A stretch of 57,438 nt of DNA, filler included, from Catajapyx aquilonaris (lineage: Eukaryota), in the NCBI GenBank assembly GCA_000934665.2. It is 4 parts of 4 records of this genome, joined end to end, with 100 filler letters (N's around TTAATTAATTAA, not from the genome) between each part and the next. Parts side by side here need not be neighbours in the genome. Positions count along the whole stretch, not along the records: positions 1 to 14,288 come from JYFJ02007826.1; 3 more parts are not named here. One strand, given 5' to 3'. A program made the translations under genes and the position numbers. Shown in pieces: positions 1 through 13,107 of the stretch (its first letter is position 1; each line of letters starts with the position of its first letter). A model generated the notes under the pieces. It saw only the letters and a program-made list of their open reading frames with translations, searched no databases and was not told the DNA's origin.

Positions 1-2277
1 TGTGGGTTTCACATATATTTTTTTCAAAAAAATCGATGACTATGACCTGACACCTTTTTTCACTCACTGGCTGATCTGAAATGGAACCACCCAGCTATCA
101 TTTGGTTCAAGTGGATGAGGCGATTAAAACAAAAACTCGCAATCGAAAATTGCCTCAAATCCAGTTTTCCTGCCTTTTGCATTAGACTAGGGCATTTCCC
201 AATTTTCAGTATCAAATTACAAGTACTAGAAAAATAAATGTTTCATATCTCTTACTAATTGATGTACAAAAATATTTCTGGTAAGAAAGTGAATGGTGAA
301 CTTTTCCGATAGCTGGAGAAATACTGTATTTATTCAAAGTAATATCGAATAATATAGACTGGGTCAAATAATTGCAAAATACAGTACCAGGTGACCCTAA
401 AGTCTGGACACTTATAAGGTAATTAATTGTATTGTATTGCTGGCAACCTGGCAACCAACAATACAAAACAATTACATAATTATGTGTCCAGACTTTATAG
501 GATCCACTTGAGGGTCCAGACTTGAGGGCTGATGCATCACTTTCTAAGGTAACAAAAGGAAAATCTTACCATGGTAATGCACTTGTTTGTATTGTTTGAT
601 TATGGACTTAAGTGGACACAGGAATATAAATGCTGGCCCATCTAAAATTTAATGTAAACCCGCGTTTATTACTGTTTAGCGGTTCTACAAGTCATCAACC
701 TGCAATCATTTACTTCATGGATCCTGCCACAGTAAGAATTTTTACAACTTTGGTGAGTGTTAGATCAACGTGGTATTGATGCTACCCCTCTGCAGTTTTA
801 CAGGGCATTTCCTTAGGCATCGGCAATAATGTAATGACCAGACTAAGTCAGGAAACTGTGAAACATTATTGATTGTCCTCCCACAAGCAGTTCCAGACCC
901 ATCCAGCTTGATCATCAATCGGCTCGGCTGAGGGGACACCAAGAACACTATATAGTACGTTTCAGGCTGAGTTTCCTGAAGCTTGTGGATCCTCACACTG
1001 TGCCATAGTTCCTGTCAGTCACTATGGCCATGGCTAACTACAGTGAGTATCCTACTTTAGCGTCATTTATGGCACATAATAATTGTGAAGCTACTCTATG
1101 TATTGTTGCTTGAAAATAATTAGGAAACTTGCTTGTTGATAAGTGAATTAGTTACAATATATGCAGCAGAACTTGGTAACAGCACCAAAATGAAAGTGTG
1201 ATCCTGTAGTGTTCTTATCTTTAGGGGCAGGTGGCATGCATAAGGCAGGAAGATACACAGGGTGATTCTTCGGCCCAAGCATACACAAACAGTCAGGTTG
1301 AGAAGCATTGAAAAATGTAACTTACTGTACAGTACCAGAAAGTCTCATACAATGTATCAGCACCACCTGCCTGTGACTGGAAGGGAGGGAAGGAAAGTGA
1401 GCATGGGTGGATAGGTTGACAGACTTACCTTTATGGTCTTCCTGTCTTCTCCTCTCCCTCACTCGACCCCCAAACGGACAGTCCAAGACCTCTGTAATAG
1501 TTAAATGCATGAAAGCAAATAAGGGAAAATCACCGAATATTAATAGATATTCGCAATACAAAAATGGACTTCGTCACTGCTTAAGTCTTAAGAAAATTTT
1601 CTGGAATAGTTCTTTATCTATTGCCGTCAACAATATTGTCAAAAATGAATCAGAAACTTTTCTTGCTCCTTTCCGGTCGTACGATATTCCTGGAAGCCGT
1701 GAAACTGTACAATTCAGGGATGTCTTTCTTAATTTGCTATCATACAACCTGGCATTAGTTCTGCAGGTTGGTGTCATTAGTTTGCAGAAGACCTGTTGTT
1801 CCACCTGCAGGCCTGAGTGGTATATCGTAATGGGAATATATTGCTCAATAACTTTTTACACTGTGTTAAGGTTCATGCAACTGTAAATGAGATTTGACAC
1901 TCTTGCTTTTGAGCAATTTTCAGAGTATAAGTTCAAAAAAATTCATAACCACAACACATGGCATGGTCGAATGTGTCTTGTGACCTTGTCTGGCTGGATT
2001 CATTAGACTACTACAGCCATATAAGCAACACGCCACCTTGTGACACCCTGTACTTATGGATTTTTTTGCACTTCCCAGTCAGAAAATCGCGCTCTGCGAA
2101 TGACATGTCACACACAGTCATATTAGTGGCTCTTAGGATGGACAGAATTAACAGAATGCTATCCCTTTCGTAATAATAATCATTGGAATCACTCAAGCAC
2201 CATTGTGACCAGCCCTACATATCGGTCAACAACAGGTACTACTCATTAGACGTTTTATTTTGTTCATAGCTGTGGGG

Positions 2278-5200
2278 ATGTTTAATTACCACAACACACC
2301 AAGTATGCCTGAGCTCACTGAAGCCTGGAAGGAGCCACCGACACTTTCACAACCACCGACCACAACTCTGCCACAATCAGAATGCCAGCAGCAGAACGAG
2401 AACCCAGCCCCTTGTCATCCCCGAAGTATGTGAAGGCAATGTGTATCACCCCATGCAATGATATCAACTGGTGTATTTGCTCTTATGATGCTCACATGTC
2501 TTGATTGTTTTTTTCTTTGTTTCTTTTCAGGCAAGGAAGTCAAAACTTTGTCAGTTCGTAGTTTAGTTACGCTCACCAGCAAAGAGCAAGCAGATCGACG
2601 AGCAGGTACCCGGGCACTATATGCGGCTCAGGATCGCTTACAAATTAGATATCCAGGATTCCCAAGTAAGTTTTTCACTTGGTTTTTTATGACCTTAATT
2701 TGCATTGCTAATGGTCCACAGGCATGATACACTCATGTTGAGGGGGAGGAAAAATGACTGGGGGGGTTAAAATTAAGGCTGGTTGTATTCATGCAAATTT
2801 AAGAGAAAATCTGTGATTGTATATTGTATATGTGCATAATAGAGATCTTTCCTTACTTTGATTTCAAGTTACAATATTGGGCGTTACATTTTTGCAATAG
2901 AAACTGCAATATATTATTAATTGATAGGGGAGGTGTGGTGGCCTAGATGGTAATGTCTCGGCTTTGCTGAATGAATGGTCCCAGGTTCGATCCCCGCCTG
3001 GGAGTTCCCTTTCACCTGCGTCAGGAGGGTCTCTGACCGGCACCTTGGAGGTGTCTGGCAACCTAACCTCCTGGGGAACAGCACATGACCCCATATCAGA
3101 CATTGCACTTGCACCCATGTTCCCTCCCCAAAAAATCCCCATCCTTACCCCATGTCCTTTCATCCTTGCACCGGAGTTAGAAGAAAAATCAGAAAATTGA
3201 AAGAAAAATGGTGGTATTCCACCCCCCTGTAAGGGCCTCTGGCCCTATCATGGGGTAACGTATTTTTTTAAATTAATTGATAGGCTACTAGTCAGGCGAA
3301 ATAATAGAGATATTAAACGAAAGAGTCCGGATTGGATCATGTTACGATAGAGTTTTTCATTGTTATTAAAGTATTCTGCTGTACTTCTGAAAGAAAGACA
3401 CATGAGCATATTGCAATAAGGGCGCTTGGGCAAGGGAGGGCCCACAAAAACAAAACTGTATGGCAACGTACAGATATGCCTTTTTGGCAAGAATGCAGAA
3501 TAGCTATCAAATTCTTAACTCAACAATATTAATAACAGTGAAACACATGAACTTAATGTGACCTGATCATAAGCATTATTGTAAACATTTGGAAGAATTA
3601 GGCGTGACTGTAATGTGATGTCGAAAGGAAAATGTCAAGCTTCAAACAATATTTGTTGACAACATCCAAATGGCAAATTTGATATTACATCAGCTCACAG
3701 TCTATGGGATAAATCCTTGCTGCACAATGACACTAATATATTGCCAATCGCATGAATGGAAAATGATTTATTGAAGACCTCGGGGGAAAGGCAATCAAGG
3801 TCCACGTTTTGTCAAAAATGAGTTACGTCATTTCATATTCCATAGGCTAGGGGGAGGCACGGTGGTCGAGATGGTAACGTCTCGGCTTGCTATGCGAAAG
3901 GTCCCGGGTTCAAATCCCCACCCGGGAACAAACCTTTCGCTTGCGTCAATGGGTCGTGACCCGCGCCTAAGGAGGCGTCTTGGCAACCTGACCTCCTGGG
4001 GGACTGCACCTGGCCCACCGCTGGACAATGCACCTGCACATGTGTCCCCTCCCCAAACCCCCAACCCCTACCCCATTTCCTAGTATTCCTTGCACCAGAG
4101 TTCGAAGATAAACCATTTAAGAAAACTGTATGGTGGTCTGCCACCCCCCTATAACGGCCTAGGGTTGTATCACGGGGTAATTAAATAATAATAATTTAAA
4201 AAATAAAAAGAATATTCCATAGGCTAGTTTGACTAGCGTAGAATATGATGGCTTGGTCGTTGTTGTGGTGAAATGATCATAGTTCACTGTGGGAGGCCCT
4301 GAAATATTTGGCATTGTTGGAAGAACGATCAACGTCCACCAATTTTTGGGGGGTGGGGGGGGATGATCAACGTCCACCCTTGCACTCCGCTACAGTCAGC
4401 TGTTTTTGCAAATGGGGAGAAAAATAAAAATTACACAATCATCAGAGGCCTCATGTATCATGGTACAGTAGTTGTGCATAGGATTCTAACAATGCAAGTG
4501 ACATTTCCCATTAGAGGTCACAGTTACATGGAGTGTTACAAAGATTTTGGTTTGATAAACCAACGTTCTGAAACGTTTGTTCCCTTCGATTAAGCCAAGA
4601 TTTTTGCAAATGCACGTCGAACGCCTAACCCTTCTTGGGTAATTATTCAATGTGAGCAGGACATGTTTAAGAACTACACTACATACCTACAAACACTCTA
4701 TATCTCCAAATGCCCATTTCCTATTCAGAAAAGCAGAGAGTGGGGGACAGGAACTCTTTTGATGGGCCATGGGGATTGTCGATTGTTGTGAAGAGGCATA
4801 GGCTACAGCACCTTCATACTCGTGAGATGTATCCAGGGCGACTGCCAATTTTGCAAACGAAATGCAATGATTTGCAAAGCCTCATGCCATTGATACCCCA
4901 GGGTTATCAACCACATTTTTATGTGGACCTGCCCTTTGCCACATGTTGTACTGATGTTGATAAATAAAGACCGGTGCTGACAACAATATTGGTTTTAATT
5001 GTTGCATGTACAGTACGTACCCCATGGTATGTACCATTAATAATGACTTTCAAACCAATGTTGGGATGTACACAAGAATAAATTGTGGTGGGTCTTCAAA
5101 GTTTGAAATTGCAATATCTCAGTTTCACATGAGATGGACCTTGATCGTTTTTCTCCCGAAGTCTTCAATTACCCTTATGTGTTGACAATAGACCCTATCC

Positions 5201-8200
5201 TTGGCCTCATATGCTTTAAATACAGGTGGATATAGGTGGTGCTGATTCCTGGGGTATACGTAGATTTGCTGATTTAACCTTTAGCACATTCGTCATTATC
5301 CTCTAGCAGTATTTAAGGTTAGTTGCTGCTTAACCCTTTGATGCCTACGGACATCATTATGATGTCCGAGCTTACATTGCTGGAGGGCCTACGGACATCA
5401 TATGATGTCCTGAGAATTGCCTTGCCAACTTGGGTCATTTTTCAACTCATAAAATTCCTACCTCACCGATTTCTTGAAATTCGGTGCATTGGTAGCCCAC
5501 CCCAAGGGATGAAAAACGCACCTATGGTGACCTGATCAAAATGACCCTGTGACTCATATTGGAGGGGGGCAGATGTCAAATAATCATAAAATTCCGACCT
5601 CACCGATTTTGTTGAAATTCGGTGCGTTGGTAGCCCACCCCAGGGGAAGAAAAACGCACCTAGAGTCACCTGATCAAAATGACCCTGTGACCCATTTTTG
5701 AGAGGGGCAGAGGTCAAATTCCAACCTCACCTATTTCTTGAAATTAGGTACATTGACATATGCCCCCCTCTAATATGGGTCGCGGTCATTTTGAGCAGGT
5801 AACTATATGTGCGTTTTTCATCCCTTGGGGAGGGCTACCATTGCGCCGAATTTCAAGAGAATCGGTGAGGTAGAAATTTGACCTCTGCCCTCCTCAAAAA
5901 TAGGTCACACGGTCATTTTGATCAGGTAACTATAGGCGCGTTTGTCATCCCTTGGGAAGGACTATCAATGCACCGAATTTCAAGAAAATCGGTGAGGTCG
6001 AAATTTTATGATTTGACCTCTGACCCTCTCAAAATTGGATCACGAGGTCATTTTGATCAGGTAACTATAGGTGCGTTTTTCATCCCTTGGTGTGGGCTAC
6101 CAATGGACCGAATTTGAAGAAAATCGGTGAGGTCATAAAATTTCCGGAAAAGGGGGAAAAAAAACTCAGGCCCTGGGGTAATGCAATCCCTCAAAAACTC
6201 TGTCATCAAAGGGTTAAATTATCCAGGAAAACTTGCACTATGTGCAGCATAGTTGTTTGTAAGCTTGAATTTTCCTCAGATGGCTGATTTTATGCAAGGA
6301 ATTTTCATTGTTCGCATGTATACCTGGTGTTGTTGTGCAAAATCTAAGCTTGCATGTTTGACAGTGACCATCTCTCCTAATGTGGCATCATATCAGACGA
6401 AGTGTCCTACACAGGCCATGCAAATGTTGTATAGATCAAATGACATCCGACGTATGATGCTATTGAAGAATGAATGTTATGCATGGCCAAGTGGTCAGAG
6501 GGAAAGCAAGGACAGCTCTAATCAGGAGGATCCATCTGATTGCAGCCATACTGAATCTATCGACAGGCAAGTCAAGCAAATTGCATGAAATAGGCAAACT
6601 TTCTAGCTTCAAATTGGCTTATTTTCAGCACTGGGATGAGGGAAGTAAAGTTCAAGGCTATACGTTTTGCCCAGCATATTATGATGGTTAGTCTTGTACA
6701 TTTTCATCTAGCTCATGTTGAGTGTGTTCCAAGTAGACCTATTGGGTTTAAAAACAATAAGTTATTGCAAAGTTTGCTCAAAGTTGTTATTTTTTGTGTA
6801 GCTTGTTTCAATTCAGGTCTCTAATAATATTAGTCTTAGGTGTGGTTGAATATAGCAGTTGCTATATAATTGGGCACCTCAGTCAGGATGACAAAAACAA
6901 AATAACAGCTTTGGACTAAGTTTGCAATAACTAAAGGACCCCCAATATTTGGAACACACTGTATATTGTTTAACTTGGCATATTTCATAATATTGTCAAC
7001 CCCATTACAGCCTTCCCATCCAAAGCCTGGTGTTCAGGAGACTCATTCCACAGCTAAAGACGCATCAGGTATCATACACAAGTGTGCTTCAAAGAACTTC
7101 GCTGACCTTCGAATTGGACTAATCAATTTACGCACTTTTTTGCGCAATGGGAATTTACTCCAAATAATCCAGCTGAGAGAACTGACTCGAATTTTTCCAC
7201 CATTGCTCCATCAGTCCGAAACAAAGGTTGGCAATTTTTATGCTCATTTCAAGTACATACTCTGTACTCCCATTATATTATCCGGGTGCAGATTATCCAT
7301 GCTGTGGATTATCTGTGCATCACCAAAAACAAAAGTCTTCTGGACTTTTTAATATAAATTTATATAAATACAATGATACAGAAATAGAAGAAAAATAATA
7401 AACAAAAATAAGTTCCAAAAGTCCAAAAAAAGTCAATATGTCTCACAAAGAAATACGTATAACATACTTTATCCAGAAGGAAAACTAAAAAATCTATGTA
7501 GTTTTATTATTTCGATTAAACTCTATTTAAAACAGCATACAATATGTATTTAAATGTATGGCTCGTTTTTATGGTGTCTGCATAGGACCATTTTCTTATT
7601 GAAAGGGTTATACATGTAGCTAGGGATTCTGCAGGACTATTACTCATATCCTGAAAGCATTTTCAATGAATTGGCCAGCCATAGATTTCACAATGGTCAG
7701 GGAGGTTTTTCTGAGTACATCAGGGATGAGATATGAGAACATCTGCAAGCAAAAAATGACCACTTTCTGATCCATACCTGCTGGAAAGTCATGGGCAACA
7801 CTTTCAACAGTCTGGGTGTACTGTTTGTAAACTATTAGAGTACATAGTCGGATGTGAGTAATGCTATGCAGTTATATTGTCATGTGCAAGAGGGAGAGGC
7901 TGTTCATAGCTAGAAATGCGGTGGGCCAAAGTAACCTGGCAATGCAGTATGTAGGTACTGATACTACACTACAGACATGTAGTGATGCCTAGTAAAATAC
8001 TTCGCTGCATCGTATTGGACTATACAATATCTGCTTGATGGGAGGTAGGCCATCGCCAGCCATCGTCACATCTTCTCTAAATACCCATCATACCCTCTTT
8101 GGCACATCCATCTCAAAACAAGGCATGAGATGTGGTGCATGTGATGAGATGCAGCATAATTTCATTGGCTGTCGGTATGGGCTTGATAATACAGTAGCGT

Positions 8201-10002
8201 TTCCCAGGAAAGGGTCTCATCAAGAATGTCAAGTAGGGAATCGATAGGATACACATTTCTATGAAGGCACTGTTGTTGTAAATTATTTAGAGGTGAGTGA
8301 ATCAGAACACTGACAGTTACAAACTAGTTCAAATGAGCGAAAATTAACTGAGACACCAAATATTACCGATTTTAAATGTTTTGAGGTTGAAAGGACGGAT
8401 GCATTAAAGGTTATCTGGAATGTGCAGACATTTAACTTGTAATTTTTATAGCAGCTGGCTACCCCGTCAGAGGGTTAACTTATGCCATGGAGGAATGAAT
8501 GAGTGGTATACAAATGAAGTCCATTTTAGTTGCACTTTTTCTGTAAAAGTACGTATTTAATGAAATCGACATTTTTGCAATGCCATGGTACTTGTCAGCT
8601 TGCTATGGCTAATTTTGGCACTAAGGTTCTTATTTTTAACAGTTAATTTTGCAGAGTTCCTTTTAATAGTTGGTTTATCAAATGTATTAGGCTTAGCTGC
8701 TAACATAAGGTTATGTGTATACATCCCTTGTAAAGCCTGCAAGGGGGTTTGTCCTGCACAAATTGCGTTCTGCCATTGCATTGGCTTAACTGAATGGTTC
8801 ACTTTGGCATAATTAGCAGACTCTAATACTTCAGTGAGGAATATAATTGGAACATTGGAAACGTCATCCCCAAATGATAACCTTGCAGTGAATGAATTTC
8901 TCCTTTTTCATCCTCTAAAGAGAAAGATGATATGAAAAATGTGGCTTTCATTACACATGCAAGGAACGATCTCTATTTCAATGGCATTTAAAAACTTGTC
9001 TTTTGGGGGCACAAATGCAGAAGTGTCCAGAAAATACGTCTAAAATACGACAGGATGGCTATCTCCATTGGAGCAATTTCATTATTTTCAAAAATGTCTA
9101 TCGCAATAGTTATTGACACTTTGAACACTTGGAAATTTCCACTAGCTGACAGTTACTGCGTATAGGTTAACCGTAATGTTTAATTGTTTCAGATCAAGCT
9201 CTTGCTATTGGATGCAATTGCAGAAATGTTAAAAGTACATTCATCCAATCTTCATCATTGGCTTCAAGTTTGCTTGGGTGGCGTCTTCGCTAATCTGAAG
9301 AAGAAGCTTCTTCCATCTTTGACAGTGAAACTCCATCGCATTATCGATATTGCCAGAGAGTACTATCCACCGGCCCTTAACCTGGTCTCTCTCTGCAGTT
9401 TCGTTTTGAAGAAGTCTCCCACTCACCCCCAAATCTGCCTGGCAATTTTATCCGCTATCCATACTCTGGTCACAACCCATGTCAAGCCCACAGATCTCTA
9501 TCGTGCGTTGACCACCCGCCAGTTTCGTTCCGCCCTGATTCTTATGATCTCATGGGCTGACTCTGCTTCATCTGAGGTAGAGCTGATGTTCAGGAATGGG
9601 ACGCCTGTGGAGGTACGCAAGTTGTCTAAGCGTACATTGTTGGCCCTACTGGACGTGAAGTTCTCTACCATGACCCGTTTCCTGTCAACTCTGCCACCTA
9701 TTGTCAAAAGCGCTGCGTTCAGAGTGATGTGCCCCAAATGGATGAAAGATGCTGCCCACATAGCTCATGCCACCAGCTCAGTTTATGTGCCCATGTACCT
9801 CCTCCCTGATACTTTGGACACTGATAAAATCGTGCATGGGATTGTGAGAGCAGAAAGAATGCAGGGTGGCTACAGCCATGGCCGTAAGCCCACAGCTTGG
9901 CCCAGAGGCACTCTTAAAGTTAAGAAGAAACAACCAGGACCCAATGAATCAAAAATAATGACCTTAGTGGAGAGGATGATGACGGTCAACAAATGTGAAA
10001 GG
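2278..10002 (+). CDS. Divergent CLASP-like (TOG/HEAT-repeat) protein; multi-exon, both termini uncertain
   Basis: Phase-compatible exons 2278-2425, 2531-2665, 6365-6566, 6629-6686, 7011-7226 and 9193-10002. Exons 5-6 (DASGIIHKCASKNFADLRIGLINLRTFL...LRELTRIFPPLLHQSETK|IKLLLLDAIAEMLKVHSSNLHHWLQV...AREYYP...MISWA...EVRKLSKRTLLALL...FLSTLP) match by eye the CLASP third TOG domain (DVAEVLNRCASSNWSERKEGL...HKDDLQDWL...VITW...DVRKAA...LLGALP). Exons 1-4 are linked by splice signals and phase only. Candidate terminal acceptors at 10122 and 11770; AATAAA near 11965. Confidence 0.7.
2929..3271 (+). mobile_element. tRNA-derived SINE, family A, copy 1
   Basis: Pol III A box (TGGCCTAGATGG) and B box (GGTTCGATCCC); 13-bp TSD ATTAATTGATAGG; homologous to copies at 3851, 16836 and 49877. 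Confidence 0.9.
3851..4211 (+). mobile_element. tRNA-derived SINE, family A, copy 2
   Basis: A/B boxes, tRNA-Ala/Ser-like head, A-rich tail, 16-bp TSD ATATTCCATAGGCTAG. Confidence 0.9.
4400..4960 (+). pseudogene. Degenerate DDE DNA-transposase remnant (Sola1-like motifs)
   Basis: Motifs KNKNYTIIR and FPIRGHSYMECYKDFGLI resemble the GQNKN and GHS..CDRDFG.I transposase motifs; interrupted by stops and frameshifts. Confidence 0.4.
5334..6213. mobile_element. piggyBac-type non-autonomous element with internal subrepeats
   Basis: TTAA|CCCTTTGATG...CATCAAAGGG|TTAA; internal repeat units (GACCTCACCGATTT...GAAATTCGGTGC...) in both orientations; related copy at 51666. Confidence 0.85.
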
Positions 10003-12371
10003 GTAAGTCTGAATTTGTACTTTCATAATTCTCTCGTGGATAATATTTCTGAAATTTTCATCACCAACCCTATTTCGATTAACTTCCCATTTTCTTTGAT
10101 TTTTACCCCATAACACTTCCAGTCTGGAGTATTTCTGGCAGTTGTTTGAGTTCCAACCTGAATGGAGGTTAGGCAAGCAAAATGCCTCACTGTGCCTAAA
10201 GCAACAACACCTCCCAGTGAGGATAGACATTATAAAATGATCCGAGATCCTCTCTCAACTTGCTATAGGCCTACTAAAACCGGGCCTTAGGGCGATAAGA
10301 GACTCACAAAGCGGCGGTGTTATTATGACAAGTGTTTGAAACAAAATACAGTGCGTCGCAAATTACATAGAGAGTGATGTGACAGTTCCGGTTTTAGTAC
10401 CGGTAGTGTTACCGTATAAAGTGATCAAGTTTGGCCAACATGGCCGCCGGCGGCCATGCTGTTGGGCCCCCCAATGTAGCCCTCCCCTTTCGTACCTATA
10501 AAGTTAAGCCTAGTCCGGTAGGGTCGCCACATAATTGCTCTGGGAAATGTCTCATGGCGCTCTCAGGTGAGCACCCGCTGCAAAACCCCTCGGCAGGCGA
10601 TAAGCCCAGAATGTAGTATAAGTGTCCGGGGGCTGGCTCAAACCCTGAAAACAGCCACTGGGCGAAAAAAAAAAACGTCCATACTGCAGAATGCTCTATC
10701 TCCATGTCAAACCGTCCATTCTGCAGAATGCTCATTTTCAAACCATCCATTCTGCAGAATGTACATTTTAATGAAACGGCCAGACCCAGAAATGCTCTTT
10801 TAAAAATACCAGAACGCTTTCCTGGGCTAAACTTAAAGGGACACTCCACTCAAAAAACAAGTTTGGTTCTAAAAATCGGGCAAGAAATCCTGAATCCGAA
10901 GGTGCAATCCGTTTTTTGCTACGCGGAACGGTAACCCCAGGGCGAGGGGTCAAAGTGGGGAAATTCAAATAGTGCTCTAGAAGCTGGCCGTCCGCCAGCG
11001 ACGCCCTCGGGACCTTGGGAACTTGAGGGCTGCTCCCGCCTGCCCGCGCGCTTAGGCCCATCCCAGAGCGGTGCAGCCCTCCAGTTCCCAGTTCCTCCCA
11101 GTTCCGCAAGTAACTAATATCATCGGGCAATGCGACGGACCGTGTCTGACAGGGCCACAACAAAGGACAGTTCTGGTGCGGTCACCCCAAAGCTCGCCAT
11201 AGAAAAATAGCCTATATAGTCTACTAAAAGTTAGGTGCAAATTGTTAATATTTATTCTGCCAGTCCTTATAGCTTGAATAATGCTTTGTATTTTCACAAT
11301 TAATATATGATAGCCTACACTGTTATTATTCAGTGGCCCAAAATACTTGTCCAACTAATATGGCTATTTTTGTACTAAGCTGTTTATTTCAAAGCAGTTA
11401 CTTTTGCAGTTACTTTTAATGACTATCGAAAGTATTAACTGCTGATATTATGCCAGTGAGGCTTTGAATTGCGAAGGTATTTTTGATTAGGAATGGCCCA
11501 TTTGAACACTTGGCATCTCATGTCAATAACAAAACCCACTTTCTTCATGCCAGATCATCTTGCTGCTGGGGTGGGTAGTACATGTAGCCTAATGATTATA
11601 GTAGCAGCTCATTGTGCTAATAACCACTAAAAGTAAATATAAAAAGTAGCCGCTAAAATAAGCAGATTAGTGCCAAGAAATAACCATATCGGTCGAAAAA
11701 GTATTTTGGATCATCCTGTATATGCTTCTTGATCAGCAGTTGAAATCATGCTGCAATGCTTCATTTTCAGATACCCCATCAACTAGTCCCATAGAGCCGG
11801 ATGGGAACCATACCTGGAGAACTCTATCCACACGATTCAGATGCGGTACACACTGCGTAAAAACAAATATTTTGAGAACCGCTTTGCAACCAGCCAGGAT
11901 ATGAACCAGCCAGCTGATGCATTCAAATCAACTAGTCAGAGTAAAATCCAATCTGTGCACACTAAATAAAACTCAATTGCTCAATTGTTGGCATTTCATT
12001 AACGCCAGCAGGATGAATGGCCCTTTATTTATAAGAACAAAAATATTCCTTTCATTTTTTAAAAAAAGGTAGTAAGACCTCCGTGGCGGTATAAAAGTAG
12101 GGCCTACTGAAACAAGGGAGGCGCGATTACCCACACAACACAAGGACGTAGGCTACCTAGGACGTCCCAGGGATGACACATTGGGATAAAGGGACGTCCA
12201 AGGGAGGTCCAAGATTGTTGTGAAATGTATATTAATGACAATGTTGGGAATAAAGGAGAGACACACACAAGATAGCTGACCGATATAGACATTGTTTCAC
12301 TGTGGTATTGGGTAATGTGGATTGGGAATGCATGTCGAAATGATAGAAAAAAACACTCACATATTCATTGA

Positions 12372-12443
12372 GCCCGTGTAGCTCAGTGGTAGAGCATTAG
12401 GCTTTTAACCTGAGGGTCCGGGGTTCAATCCCCCGTACGGGCT
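12372..12443 (+). tRNA. tRNA-Lys-TTT: tRNA-Lys (anticodon TTT), divergent isodecoder
   Basis: Acceptor GCCCGTG/TACGGGC, D stem GCTC/GAGC, anticodon stem TTAGG/CCTGA with loop CTTTTAA, T stem CGGGG/CCCCG with loop TTCAATC; T6 Pol III terminator just downstream. Confidence 0.9.
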
Positions 12444-13107
12444 TCATTTTTTAAATATACTTTTATCTAGTTCATCAATAACATTACATCTTTCCTTTGC
12501 AAGTCGTAAGCTCATTGGATAATATGTACCTGATTCGTAATTTGTTTTGAAATTTTTGGTAGTGTAGCTCATCCTTACAACCCTTTATCTTATGCTCATG
12601 TCTCAACAAGAAAGGTGTAAATGCCCAAATTACATCGTTACAGCTCTTTTAAAACCTCTAATATTGTACATGGTAGGCTCAAGGGGATAACCACTTCTGT
12701 ACTCCGGTGGTACTCCCAGCAGGTACTCCTTAGGTACTTTACTCTTTAGTACCCCTTGGTACTCCTTGAATTTGGCACTCCAGTGTACACTTTATAGTCG
12801 AGTGGTTGGGTAGGCTAATGCTGATTTGTCAAGAGGCATAAAATTATTATTGTAAGTTGAGAAGTTCTACATTTTCAAGTGACTTTCCCAGTGCCCGTGG
12901 CAGGTTGGCATAAGGCATGGGGTGGGGTAGGTTGGTACTGTTTACATAGTATGCACCAGTGTCCATGTCAAGGTCAGGTCAGAGTATTTCTTGGTCTGAT
13001 ACAAGTTAGTATAAAATATAGGAGTGAGAAATGAGTAAAATCCAACAAATCTGGGAAGGCGTGGCTATAATTAGGGAGAGTTTACCTTATACACAAATCC
13101 ACACATA

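Noticed and set aside
750..1900. Possible hAT transposase remnant on the minus strand
   Set aside because: Only faint motif resemblance; too degraded to call.
2864..3200. ORFs overlapping SINE and MITE copies (also 3828-4144, 16629-17109, 24990-25469, 51374-51857)
   Set aside because: Spurious frames within non-coding repeats.
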